Assembly: GCA_001778635.1 (NCBI GenBank)
Contig: MFHO01000004.1
Span: 11,415 to 54,369 of the forward strand
Reading direction: 5' to 3'
DNA length: 42,955 nucleotides
From: Candidatus Giovannonibacteria bacterium RIFCSPHIGHO2_02_FULL_45_13
Lineage (GTDB): Bacteria > Patescibacteriota > Minisyncoccia > UBA11713 > 2-01-FULL-45-33
Notes under the pieces: model-generated
Told to the model about the DNA's origin: nothing
Database searches by the model: none
The model's input: only the letters and a program-made list of their open reading frames with translations
Shown here: positions 1-7,003 of the stretch, piece after piece
Layout of the letters: each line of letters opens with the position of its first letter
Position numbering within the stretch: the first letter of the stretch is position 1
Program-made: the position numbers and the translations under genes

Positions 1-240
1 GTCGGAGGCGGCGCTAATCTCCCGGGCATAGCAAATTTTGCAAAAGAGCGTTTTAAGCTTCACGTCAAAATCGCCGAGCCGGACAATATCGGAGGCTTTA
101 AGGAAAAGGTAAAAAATCCGGCATGGGCGGTCGCGGTCGGCGCGGCGCTTATGGCTTTGGAAAAACAAAATTCGCTTTCTCCTTTTTTCCGCGGTCCAAC
201 CGGTTCGCTCTTCCGCTGGCTTAGAGCATTTTTACCGTAA
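1..240 (+). CDS. ftsA: FtsA, C-terminal fragment (5' end lies outside window)
   Basis: Frame 1 is open from nt 1 to TAA 238-240. Translation VGGGANLPGIANFAKERF...NPAWAVAVGAALMAL...LFRWLRAFLP looks like the FtsA C-terminal subdomain plus amphipathic tail. It lies upstream of ftsZ. Confidence 0.8.
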   Translation, partial: VGGGANLPGIANFAKERFKLHVKIAEPDNIGGFKEKVKNPAWAVAVGAALMALEKQNSLSPFFRGPTGSLFRWLRAFLP

Positions 241-338
241 ACACTTTTTAAAAATATTTTAACAGCTTCCGTTCGTCTTACCACGATCGTATTCAGATAT
301 ACAGAAAAAAAGCCCCAGCTTTCGCCAGGGTCTGAATT

Positions 339-752
339 TTACCAGCAACGCGGATCAGCCTCGAACATCGCAAGCAAGCTAAACAGGATAGTTGCGCCGG
401 AAATAAAGATAGGAAAAACAAAATGTAAATACATCGAAAATGAAATGGTAACGATGCTCATGCAAATCAAGAATGCTGCATTTCGAATAATGCGAGCTTG
501 CTCATTTTCCCATTCTTCTGGCATAGGCAACGGCACCAAGAAGAGCGCGCTGGTTTTTCTAGGATTTCTCGCGAATGCGCATGCTTTTCCAATTAACTTA
601 CAACACAAGTACAGCAACAGAAGGGCCCAAATTGTCAGTGCTATTTGCATAAAACCTCCGCATGCATAGAATTCTGCAAATATGCTAGCAAATTGCTGAA
701 TTTTTGTCAACATTGCGCGATTCTTATTGATGGTTAGGATATAACCATTCAA
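339..752 (-). CDS. hypothetical multi-pass membrane protein (137 aa)
   Basis: Only long ORF between ftsA and ftsZ, on the opposite strand. Hydrophobic stretches include IALTIWALLLLYLCCKLI and AAFLICMSIVTISFSMYLHFVFPIFISGATILFSLLAMF. No family recognised. Confidence 0.45.
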   Translation of the reverse strand: MNGYILTINKNRAMLTKIQQFASIFAEFYACGGFMQIALTIWALLLLYLCCKLIGKACAFARNPRKTSALFLVPLPMPEEWENEQARIIRNAAFLICMSIVTISFSMYLHFVFPIFISGATILFSLLAMFEADPRCW

Positions 753-774
753 CCATTTAACTATTTAACCAATC

Positions 775-1923
775 ATGCCACACATCAAACCAGATATTGA
801 ATCGTTTGCGCGGATAAAAGTTGTGGGGGTCGGGGGTTCCGGGAAAAACGCGGTGAACCACATGATCCGCTCCAAAGTGCGCGGGGTTGAATTTATCGCC
901 ATAAACACGGACGCGCAAGATCTTCATCAAAGCTTGGCTAACAAAAAAATCAGAATTGGCAAAGGCATAACCAAAGGGCTTGGCACCGGCATGAACCCGG
1001 AGCTTGGCCGCCAGGCAACTGAAGAAACCAAAGACGAAATCCACGAAGCATTAAAAGGCGCGGATATGGTTTTTGTAACTTGCGGCATGGGCGGAGGCAC
1101 CGGGACCGGCGGCGCTCCGGTAGTCGCGCATGCCGCAAAAGCCCAAGGCGCGCTTACAATCGGGATAGTAACAAAGCCGTTTTCTTTTGAGGGGTTGGAG
1201 CGCGCGCGCATTGCCGAAGTCGGGTTAATCAAACTGCGCGAAGCGGTGGATGCATTAATTGTTATTCCAAATGACAGATTGCTGTCAGTTGTATCCAAGG
1301 ACACTTCATTTATTTCCGCGTTTGCCATGTGCGATGAAGTTTTGCGCCACGCAGTGGAAGGAATTTCCGATTTAATCACGGTGCCCGGAATTATTAACGT
1401 CGATTTCTCCGATGTCAGAACGATTATGCAAAGTTCCGGATCCGCGCTTATGGGTATAGGACATGGCAGAGGCGAAGCGCGCGCAGAAGCGGCCGCGCAA
1501 GAAGCAATCAGCTCGCCGCTTCTGGATATTTCAATCAATGGCGCAAGGGGAGTGCTTTTCGCTGTCGCCGGAGGCCAGGATCTTACAATGTGGGAAATCA
1601 ATGAAGCCGCGAAAGTAATTACTTCTTCGGTTGATCCGGATGCAAGGATAATTTTCGGAGCAATTCAAGACGACAGGTTAAAAAAAGGAGATATTAAAAT
1701 TACGGTAATAGCTTCAGGATTCCAGGATAATCACATTGGAAAATCCGCGACCTTATTCGGGCCAACAGCTGCTCTTAATAATAAAACATCTTTTACTCCA
1801 AAGACCATATCTTCAAATAGCCAGCCAGTAAATGGCCTCAAAAAACCAGAAAACGGCGCCAACGGCCAGGAAGAATCCGAATGGGACTCTATCCCGGCGT
1901 TCATCAGGAGGCGCGGAAAATAA
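775..1923 (+). CDS. ftsZ: Cell division GTPase FtsZ
   Basis: 382 aa with VVGVGGSGKNAVNHMI and the tubulin signature GMGGGTGTGGAPVVA. Confidence 0.97.
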   Translation: MPHIKPDIESFARIKVVGVGGSGKNAVNHMIRSKVRGVEFIAINTDAQDLHQSLANKKIRIGKGITKGLGTGMNPELGRQATEETKDEIHEALKGADMVFVTCGMGGGTGTGGAPVVAHAAKAQGALTIGIVTKPFSFEGLERARIAEVGLIKLREAVDALIVIPNDRLLSVVSKDTSFISAFAMCDEVLRHAVEGISDLITVPGIINVDFSDVRTIMQSSGSALMGIGHGRGEARAEAAAQEAISSPLLDISINGARGVLFAVAGGQDLTMWEINEAAKVITSSVDPDARIIFGAIQDDRLKKGDIKITVIASGFQDNHIGKSATLFGPTAALNNKTSFTPKTISSNSQPVNGLKKPENGANGQEESEWDSIPAFIRRRGK

Positions 1924-1991
1924 GAGTAAACAGGCTTGACTGCAAAATCCGAAATGCTATTTTGAGATGAGAAACGTTCAAGGCTCGAAAA

Positions 1992-2447
1992 GTGGAAAAA
2001 TCTTCTTGGTTTGGGATTTTGAGCATCATGTTGGTGGTTCTGCTTGCTGGCACAATAGTGTTTTGCGTCGCATCAAAAGCCGCTGAAGAAAACCGCGAAT
2101 ATGCTTTTTGGTCAGATTTTAAAGACATAAATCGCGCTTCTGCGTCCATAATTTGCCGCCGCGAAGGGCCAACGCAGCTCGCAACAAAAGCTTACACAAA
2201 CCGCAAAGAGCTATGGGAAATAATCATCATCAACCTCAGTCACAAAGACATAGCAAGGCACGTTACTCAATTTTTAGGCTTCCAAAAGGGCGTTTTATTA
2301 AATTCGTTTGCCAGATTTGGCAATACATGGAAACGGTCCAGCGAAGTTACTGCTGAAGAATGGGGGGTTTTTATAAAAACGCACCCGATTTCGCCGGAAG
2401 AAGCGCAGTTTCTAAATATGTGCCTTGCGCAAAAACAGTTTACTTAA
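1992..2447 (+). CDS. hypothetical protein with N-terminal membrane anchor (151 aa, GTG start)
   Basis: ORF track entry. N-terminal hydrophobic helix WFGILSIMLVVLLAGTIVFCV. No family recognised. Confidence 0.45.
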   Translation: MEKSSWFGILSIMLVVLLAGTIVFCVASKAAEENREYAFWSDFKDINRASASIICRREGPTQLATKAYTNRKELWEIIIINLSHKDIARHVTQFLGFQKGVLLNSFARFGNTWKRSSEVTAEEWGVFIKTHPISPEEAQFLNMCLAQKQFT

Positions 2448-2482
2448 AACTATCGCCATCTAAAAAACGCTCAACGCGTTTT

Positions 2483-2571
2483 TTATTTTCCCTTTAAAAA
2501 CCCGAGCATTTTTTCCAGAGGCCAGGCGTTGATGATGTCATTTTTTCCGCCCAGCCGCGGCATGCTTGAAA
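2483..2571 (-). pseudogene. Relic of a PolX 3' end (last ~29 codons incl. stop, frameshifted)
   Basis: Minus-strand translation gives QACRGWAEK, then a 1-nt frameshift in an A6 run, then NDIINAWPLEKMLGFLKGK*. The real PolX C-terminus is QARRGWATKADIINAWPLEKMLGFLKKGGR*. Nt 2496-2539 match 3667-3710 at 41 of 44 positions. A TAG sits upstream at 2572-2574. Confidence 0.8.
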
Positions 2572-2607
2572 CTAGAAAGCTTGCTCATTTTGTGCTAAAT
2601 TTCTGTT

Positions 2608-3645
2608 ATGTCAGAAAGTTTTTATCAGACAGCAGATAAGATAACCCCCGAAACCACGGAAAACAAACAGGCAGCCGAGCAGAAAAGAATCTTGAATCAG
2701 TTAGTTGAAGACGAAATCAATGAATGGAAAAAGGGATGTTTAACGCCGGAACCGCCGCCCGAATTGTTAGGTCATTTTCTGCAAATACAAGCAAGAATTA
2801 AAGCAAGTTGGTTTTACTCAGAAATCGATGATCCATTTTACGCCTGGCACACTACTGCGTATAATTTTTTCTTCGATCGATTTAAATTATCTTCAAAATC
2901 AGTTGCAGAAATTGAGAAAAGCGGCCAAGAAGCCGATAAAGTATTGCGGAATTTGAATAGAGAGAAATCTATTTTAGAACTTATGGAAGCCCTAAATCCG
3001 CTACCCTTAAATTGTTTTATAAATCACGAGAGGTTATATGGAAAACTGCGAGAATCCGTAGACATCCCAGGCGATAATAATGCCGTTGTATCTTTGTCAG
3101 TAGAAAGAATGCCTGGTTCGGAAAAAAATCCAAACCTGCCCGATTACGCTATGCAGATTAAGATAATGGATAGTGATGGTGCGCTTCTGCACGATTTCGG
3201 CCGAGACGTTAAGCCGGGCACCTTGTTTTTGGCGTGGCACAGAGACCAAGCTGACATCCAACAAAAATATATTCATGTTGGCGTATTCCAAAAACAGGGT
3301 TATTATAACAAGGGTAATTTTCAAGAACGACTTTCGGACGAAGCAATTTTCGCTCTTTGTCACGAAATAGGACACAATCAACAATTTAGCGACCAAGCCT
3401 TTATTGAAAAAGCCAAGAAAGTTGAAGGTGAAAATTGGATGCCGGATTATTCTCCTTTGGCAGAACGGGATGCGTGGGTAAGGGGTATTAAATTACTTAG
3501 ATCTATCCGCACCAGAGAGGGAAACAGAGTATTCACAACAAAGATCAATAAAAAAATAAAAGAAACGATCACTGCTTGTCTTAGCACCAGAGACGACGAA
3601 ACATTCAAAAAGGGTTATAAAAAAGGCAAAACGCCCATTAAATAA
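2608..3645 (+). CDS. hypothetical protein with HExxH zincin-type motif (345 aa)
   Basis: Long ORF with motif FALCHEIGHNQQF and a downstream acidic candidate ligand (PLAERDAW). No family recognised. Its stop lies 2 nt from the convergent polX stop. Confidence 0.6.
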   Translation: MSESFYQTADKITPETTENKQAAEQKRILNQLVEDEINEWKKGCLTPEPPPELLGHFLQIQARIKASWFYSEIDDPFYAWHTTAYNFFFDRFKLSSKSVAEIEKSGQEADKVLRNLNREKSILELMEALNPLPLNCFINHERLYGKLRESVDIPGDNNAVVSLSVERMPGSEKNPNLPDYAMQIKIMDSDGALLHDFGRDVKPGTLFLAWHRDQADIQQKYIHVGVFQKQGYYNKGNFQERLSDEAIFALCHEIGHNQQFSDQAFIEKAKKVEGENWMPDYSPLAERDAWVRGIKLLRSIRTREGNRVFTTKINKKIKETITACLSTRDDETFKKGYKKGKTPIK

Positions 3646-3647
3646 AT

Positions 3648-5384
3648 CTAACGACCCCCTTTCTTCAAAAACCCTAGCATTTTTTCCAGAGGCCAGGCGT
3701 TAATTATGTCTGCTTTAGTTGCCCATCCTCTTCTGGCTTGGGAGATGCCGATTTCAAGAAATTTAAAATGCGAGGCGGAGTGAGCATCGGAATCAATGGA
3801 CATTTTTACTCCTGCTTCAACGCACTTGCGAATATATTCGTCTTTTATATCTAATCGGTCAGGATACGCATCAATCTCTAAGACCGTGCCCGTGCGCTTG
3901 GCGGTTTGGATTATTTCATCAATATCAATTTCAATTGGCTCACGCCTATTTATAATCCGGCCGGTCAGATGGAAAATAATGTCCACGTTCGGGTTTTCCA
4001 TCGCTTTTATAATCCTCCTTGTTTGCTCCGTCCGCGATAATTTAAAATGGCTGTGCACGGCGGCTCCAACAACATCCAACTTTTTTAAAACTTCATTTTT
4101 GATGTCCAGCGAACCATCCTTGCCGATGTTCACTTCCGCGCCCTTTAAAACACGAATCTTGAAACCTGAAGCGTGAAGCTTTTTATTAATTTTATCAATT
4201 TCGGCCATCTGCTTCAGCAGTTTTTTTTCATCCGATCCGCCGGTCATAGCCAAAGATTTCGTGTGGTCGGTTATCGCGATATATTCCAATCCCGCTTCAT
4301 GCGCGGCTTTGGTCATTGCCTCAATAGAATCTTCCCCATCTGTCCAATTTGTTTGTGTTTGCAAATCACCTTTTAAATCTCCGTAGCCAATTAATTTCGG
4401 AAGCTTGCGAGTTTTGGCTAATTCCAGCTCGCCTGTATTTTCTCTCATCTCCGGTTCAATGTAATTAAGACCCAGCGCTTTATAAATTTCCTCCTCGGTG
4501 CGGCCAGCGACTTTCTTTTTTCTGCGAAATAGCCCATATTCATTCAACTTCCATCCTTTCTTGATCGCCATCTCGCGAAGCGCTATATTGTGATCTTTTG
4601 AACCGGTAAAATAATTAAGCGCGGCGCCATACGATTCTTTGGGCACAACGCGCAGGTCAGCGTCCAAACCATTCTTGAGTTTCACCATTGTTTTTGTTCC
4701 CCCTTTTGCGTAGACGTGCGCAATGAATGGCAAATCCACGAACCTATCCATTACTTTCTTCGGCGTCTTCGAGGTTGCCAAAATATCAATATCGCCGATG
4801 GTTTCTTTGCGTCGGCGCGTTGAGCCAGCAACTATGGCTTCCTTAACTTCAGGAAAGGCGCGGATCATTTTCTCCAAATTCCTGATTTCCGGCAAAATAA
4901 ATCCCAAAACCTGTCGGCCGCCCGATTTTTTCAAAAATTCAATCCCGCGCAAAATTTTATCTTCGGATTTTTGCCCAAACCTAGGTAATTTTCTAATTTT
5001 TTCCAACAGCGCTGCTTTTTCCAAATCTTTTAGGTTTTTTATTTTTAGTTTTTTATATAAAATTTTTATCATTTTCGGCCCCACGCCCTCTACCGCCGAA
5101 AGCTCCGAAATATTAACGGGAATTTTTCTCTTCAATTTTGCATATTCCGGAAAACGCCCCTTTTTTAAAAGAAGTTCGATGTGAAAAGCGATTCCTTTGC
5201 CCACCCCGGGAATTTTTAAAAGTTCTTTTGGGCCGTTCTCTTTATAAATATCTTTTACTTCCTTATTCAGCGCCTCAACTCCAAGCGCCGCCTTTTCATA
5301 GGCGCGCGGCTTGAACAAAACCCCCTCCATTTCATAAAGCTCCGCCATCTCCCGCAGGATTTTCGCAATTTCTTGATTAGACAT
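3648..5384 (-). CDS. polX: DNA polymerase X family protein with C-terminal PHP domain
   Basis: 578 aa. N-terminal Pol-beta-like HhH region (MSNQEIAKILREMAELYEMEG, GVGKGIA), nucleotidyltransferase motif GSTRRRKETIGDIDIL, and PHP-type motifs ITDHT, AVHSHF, DSDAHS. Confidence 0.92.
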   Translation of the reverse strand: MSNQEIAKILREMAELYEMEGVLFKPRAYEKAALGVEALNKEVKDIYKENGPKELLKIPGVGKGIAFHIELLLKKGRFPEYAKLKRKIPVNISELSAVEGVGPKMIKILYKKLKIKNLKDLEKAALLEKIRKLPRFGQKSEDKILRGIEFLKKSGGRQVLGFILPEIRNLEKMIRAFPEVKEAIVAGSTRRRKETIGDIDILATSKTPKKVMDRFVDLPFIAHVYAKGGTKTMVKLKNGLDADLRVVPKESYGAALNYFTGSKDHNIALREMAIKKGWKLNEYGLFRRKKKVAGRTEEEIYKALGLNYIEPEMRENTGELELAKTRKLPKLIGYGDLKGDLQTQTNWTDGEDSIEAMTKAAHEAGLEYIAITDHTKSLAMTGGSDEKKLLKQMAEIDKINKKLHASGFKIRVLKGAEVNIGKDGSLDIKNEVLKKLDVVGAAVHSHFKLSRTEQTRRIIKAMENPNVDIIFHLTGRIINRREPIEIDIDEIIQTAKRTGTVLEIDAYPDRLDIKDEYIRKCVEAGVKMSIDSDAHSASHFKFLEIGISQARRGWATKADIINAWPLEKMLGFLKKGGR

Positions 5385-5483
5385 AGTTGTATTTTAACAC
5401 TTTTTCTCCAGACTTGGCCGGGTTTTCCACCGATTATCCACAAAGCCCTCTTTTAACAATTATATTTCTGATATCATTGATTT

Positions 5484-5712
5484 GGGAGGACAAGCGACGT
5501 GCCGAGGCGTGCTGGCTTAGGTGCATCTATAGCCAAGCCGATCCGCCGCCGTGGGACCCCTGCACCCACTCATGCCGCAAAATAGATGATCGGGGTAAAA
5601 CGGGAAAGAATGCTTTAGCGCCCCGCATTGCGGGGTCACAACTTTCTCCGGTCTAGGGACAATCCCCCTTCCACTTATCCACAGCCTCTCCTTGAAGGGG
5701 CTGTTATTTTTT
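5484..5712 (+). ncRNA. candidate structured RNA ending in an intrinsic terminator (family not recognised)
   Basis: GC-rich block closed by GGGAGG (5484-5489) pairing with CCUUCC (5667-5672). Internal hairpins include CCCCGC-AUU-GCGGGG at 5621-5635. Followed by the terminator at 5682-5712. No credible ORF. Confidence 0.3.
5682..5712 (+). terminator. rho-independent terminator-like hairpin
   Basis: CAGCCUCU / AGGGGCUG 8-bp stem with a 6-nt loop, followed by TTATTTTTT. The T-run is on the plus strand only. Confidence 0.6.
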
Positions 5713-5740
5713 GAGACAATAAAATCAGGTAAATCTTTGG

Positions 5741-5854
5741 CTTTCCGCAAGGAAAACCTGGCGCTGGTAAGGGAGTGCACAACAAAGGGCTTGCTTTGAT
5801 AAGCAATCCAACGAGCTCCGTTCGAGCGTATATGTGCACACCCTTACTCGCACC
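5741..5854 (+). ncRNA. second candidate structured element (three-way junction-like)
   Basis: UUUCC-GCAA-GGAAA hairpin (GNRA loop on the plus strand). A 21-nt imperfect inverted repeat, 5760-5780 / 5834-5854 (17 WC + 1 GU), encloses two small hairpins (UUGCUU-UGAU-AAGCAA and GCUC-CGUUC-GAGC). Confidence 0.25.
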
Positions 5855-5892
5855 AAAATAGATCTCTATCAAAAAAATAAAAACCCAGTAAA

Positions 5893-5927
5893 AAACCCTT
5901 GGACAACGCGCCGAGGGTTTGTTTTTT
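5893..5927. terminator. bidirectional terminator hairpin
   Basis: AAACCCUUGG / CCGAGGGUUU 10-bp stem with A-run and T-run on both sides. It lies immediately after the stop of the minus-strand gene 5936-6592. Confidence 0.6.
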
Positions 5928-5935
5928 AGGGGAGG

Positions 5936-6592
5936 TTAGTGTTTTGTTGTCGGGTTTTTCGGTATCGGAGTAAAAGGAGGCAAAGCAACTGGGCGAGCGC
6001 CATTGAGCAACGGATAAAGGCGGATCAACAAAAAAAGCACCAAGAGATTCACAATGCCGCTTATCAAAAACAATAATTTAAACCCAAAAGCGTCGGCCAA
6101 GACACCACCGATTGCCCCACCGATGGCGCTGGAAATAGTAAGCCCGCCAACACTAAATAAACTCCACTCAAACCCCTCCGCGCCTTTGTCTACGTGGCGC
6201 GCAAACAAAGCATAATACGCAGCCATAAGCGCCGCGTCTCCCAGACCAACGAAAGCTTCCAGGGCATAAAGATGCCAAATCTTAGAAACGCCAAGAAGCG
6301 CGAACGGATAAATGACCGCGACAACCGCTCCTGCCATTAAGGTATAAAAATCGTCGCGTTCGCCGCTATGCTTATCTAAAAATTTTGCCAGAGGAACTTG
6401 CAAAAAGGACTTCGCAATCGCATAAAGCCCGAGCGCGAAACCCACGGTTTTTAAAGTGGCGCCGCCAACGAAATCCGTAACAAATACTGCAAAAATCGGC
6501 ACAAAAAGAGCGGTAGATGTTACTACCAAAAATAAATACAAAAGCAAAACCTGCACAGCGCGGTTTACGGTGATGTTGATTTTTATGCGCAT
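5936..6592 (-). CDS. MFS-like 6-TM membrane protein (half-size, 218 aa)
   Basis: About six hydrophobic helices. The loop LDKHSGERDD resembles the MFS D-R-x-G-R-R loop motif. Confidence 0.55.
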   Translation of the reverse strand: MRIKINITVNRAVQVLLLYLFLVVTSTALFVPIFAVFVTDFVGGATLKTVGFALGLYAIAKSFLQVPLAKFLDKHSGERDDFYTLMAGAVVAVIYPFALLGVSKIWHLYALEAFVGLGDAALMAAYYALFARHVDKGAEGFEWSLFSVGGLTISSAIGGAIGGVLADAFGFKLLFLISGIVNLLVLFLLIRLYPLLNGARPVALPPFTPIPKNPTTKH

Positions 6593-6656
6593 ATTAAAAG
6601 TTTAGCACATTGAACAAAATCTGTTCTATAAATATAATCAACAAATGGGATACGAA

Positions 6657-6683
6657 GCCAAGAAAACTATAGTTTCTTAGCTG
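6657..6683 (+). repeat. hairpin element gccaaga-N-gtttcttagctg (copy 1)
   Basis: GCCAAGAAAAC-UAUA-GUUUCUUAGC followed by TGTGTTTTTTT. It shares a 7-mer and a 12-mer with the copy at 41829-41853. Confidence 0.5.
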
Positions 6684-6766
6684 TGTTTTTTTACGGCGAT
6701 CAAAACTGCAGCCATGGCAATAACTAAAAGAGCGCCGAGTATATAAAATTGTGTCATTATATCCAT
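6677..6766 (-). CDS. small hydrophobic peptide, 29 aa (below ORF-track cutoff)
   Basis: ATG 6766 to TAA 6677: MDIMTQFYILGALLVIAMAAVLIAVKKHS. Same position and character as the 28-aa ORF at 42172-42258. No clear SD. Confidence 0.3.
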   Translation of the reverse strand: MDIMTQFYILGALLVIAMAAVLIAVKKHS

Positions 6767-6785
6767 ATCATTATCACTAATAAAA

Positions 6786-6962
6786 CTAATCATTAACAAA
6801 TCCTACGCTCAATAACCACGCGAGCACCGAAAGCACTAAGCCCGAAAAAATCAGAAATGGAGTCGCCTGCCCGCTAACAACGGGCCCGACAAAAACAGAC
6901 GCGAAAAATACCTGCGCAACATCTCTGGAAATAGCAGATAACACATCCAATTTCCTGCTCAT
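6786..6962 (-). CDS. small 2-TM membrane protein (58 aa from ATG 6962; alternative ATG 7004 overlaps the UDG stop)
   Basis: MSRKLDVLSAISRDVAQVFFASVFVGPVV...LVLSVLAWLLSVGFV. Weakly similar in sequence and layout to the ORF at 41975-42166. Confidence 0.45.
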   Translation of the reverse strand: MSRKLDVLSAISRDVAQVFFASVFVGPVVSGQATPFLIFSGLVLSVLAWLLSVGFVND

Positions 6963-7003
6963 ACTTAAATGATACACAACGCAGCGTCTTTTGCAAGTAT
7001 GCA

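Noticed and set aside
301-338. Terminator-like hairpin after ftsA (gccccagctttcgccaggg).
   Set aside because: The stem has two central mismatches and lacks a proper T-run, so it is too weak to call.
927-1601. Long antisense ORFs inside ftsZ, and similarly inside pnp (12241-12717, 13549-14121), the aminotransferase gene (21066-21728), pilB, gyrA and others.
   Set aside because: They are shadow ORFs opposite strongly supported genes, with no motifs and low-complexity composition.
5387-5656. 89-aa plus-strand ORF inside the structured spacer.
   Set aside because: It has a TTG start and no SD. Its composition (Pro/Cys/Trp/Arg-rich) is typical of a GC-rich non-coding sequence read in frame, and it overlaps predicted RNA helices.
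5385-5935. Known RNA families (RNase P RNA, tmRNA, SRP/4.5S RNA, 6S RNA, TPP or cobalamin riboswitch) for the structured spacer.
   Set aside because: I found only fragmentary resemblances: GGUAAGGG, UAGAUGAU, GGAAAGCC, ACCUGAU. The GGAAAG segment is locked in a local hairpin, so it is not available for a P4-like helix. There is no tRNA-like T-arm or tag reading frame for tmRNA. There is no GGAA/AGCA SRP domain-IV motif. The fold is multi-hairpin rather than the 6S rod. A covariance-model scan is needed, so I left the family unassigned.
5385-5935. Chromosomal replication origin (oriC).
   Set aside because: Only two perfect DnaA boxes lie 233 bp apart. Other candidates in the region have at least 2 mismatches. 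There is no dnaA or dnaN nearby, and gene orientation around the site (minus-strand genes on both sides) is not origin-like.
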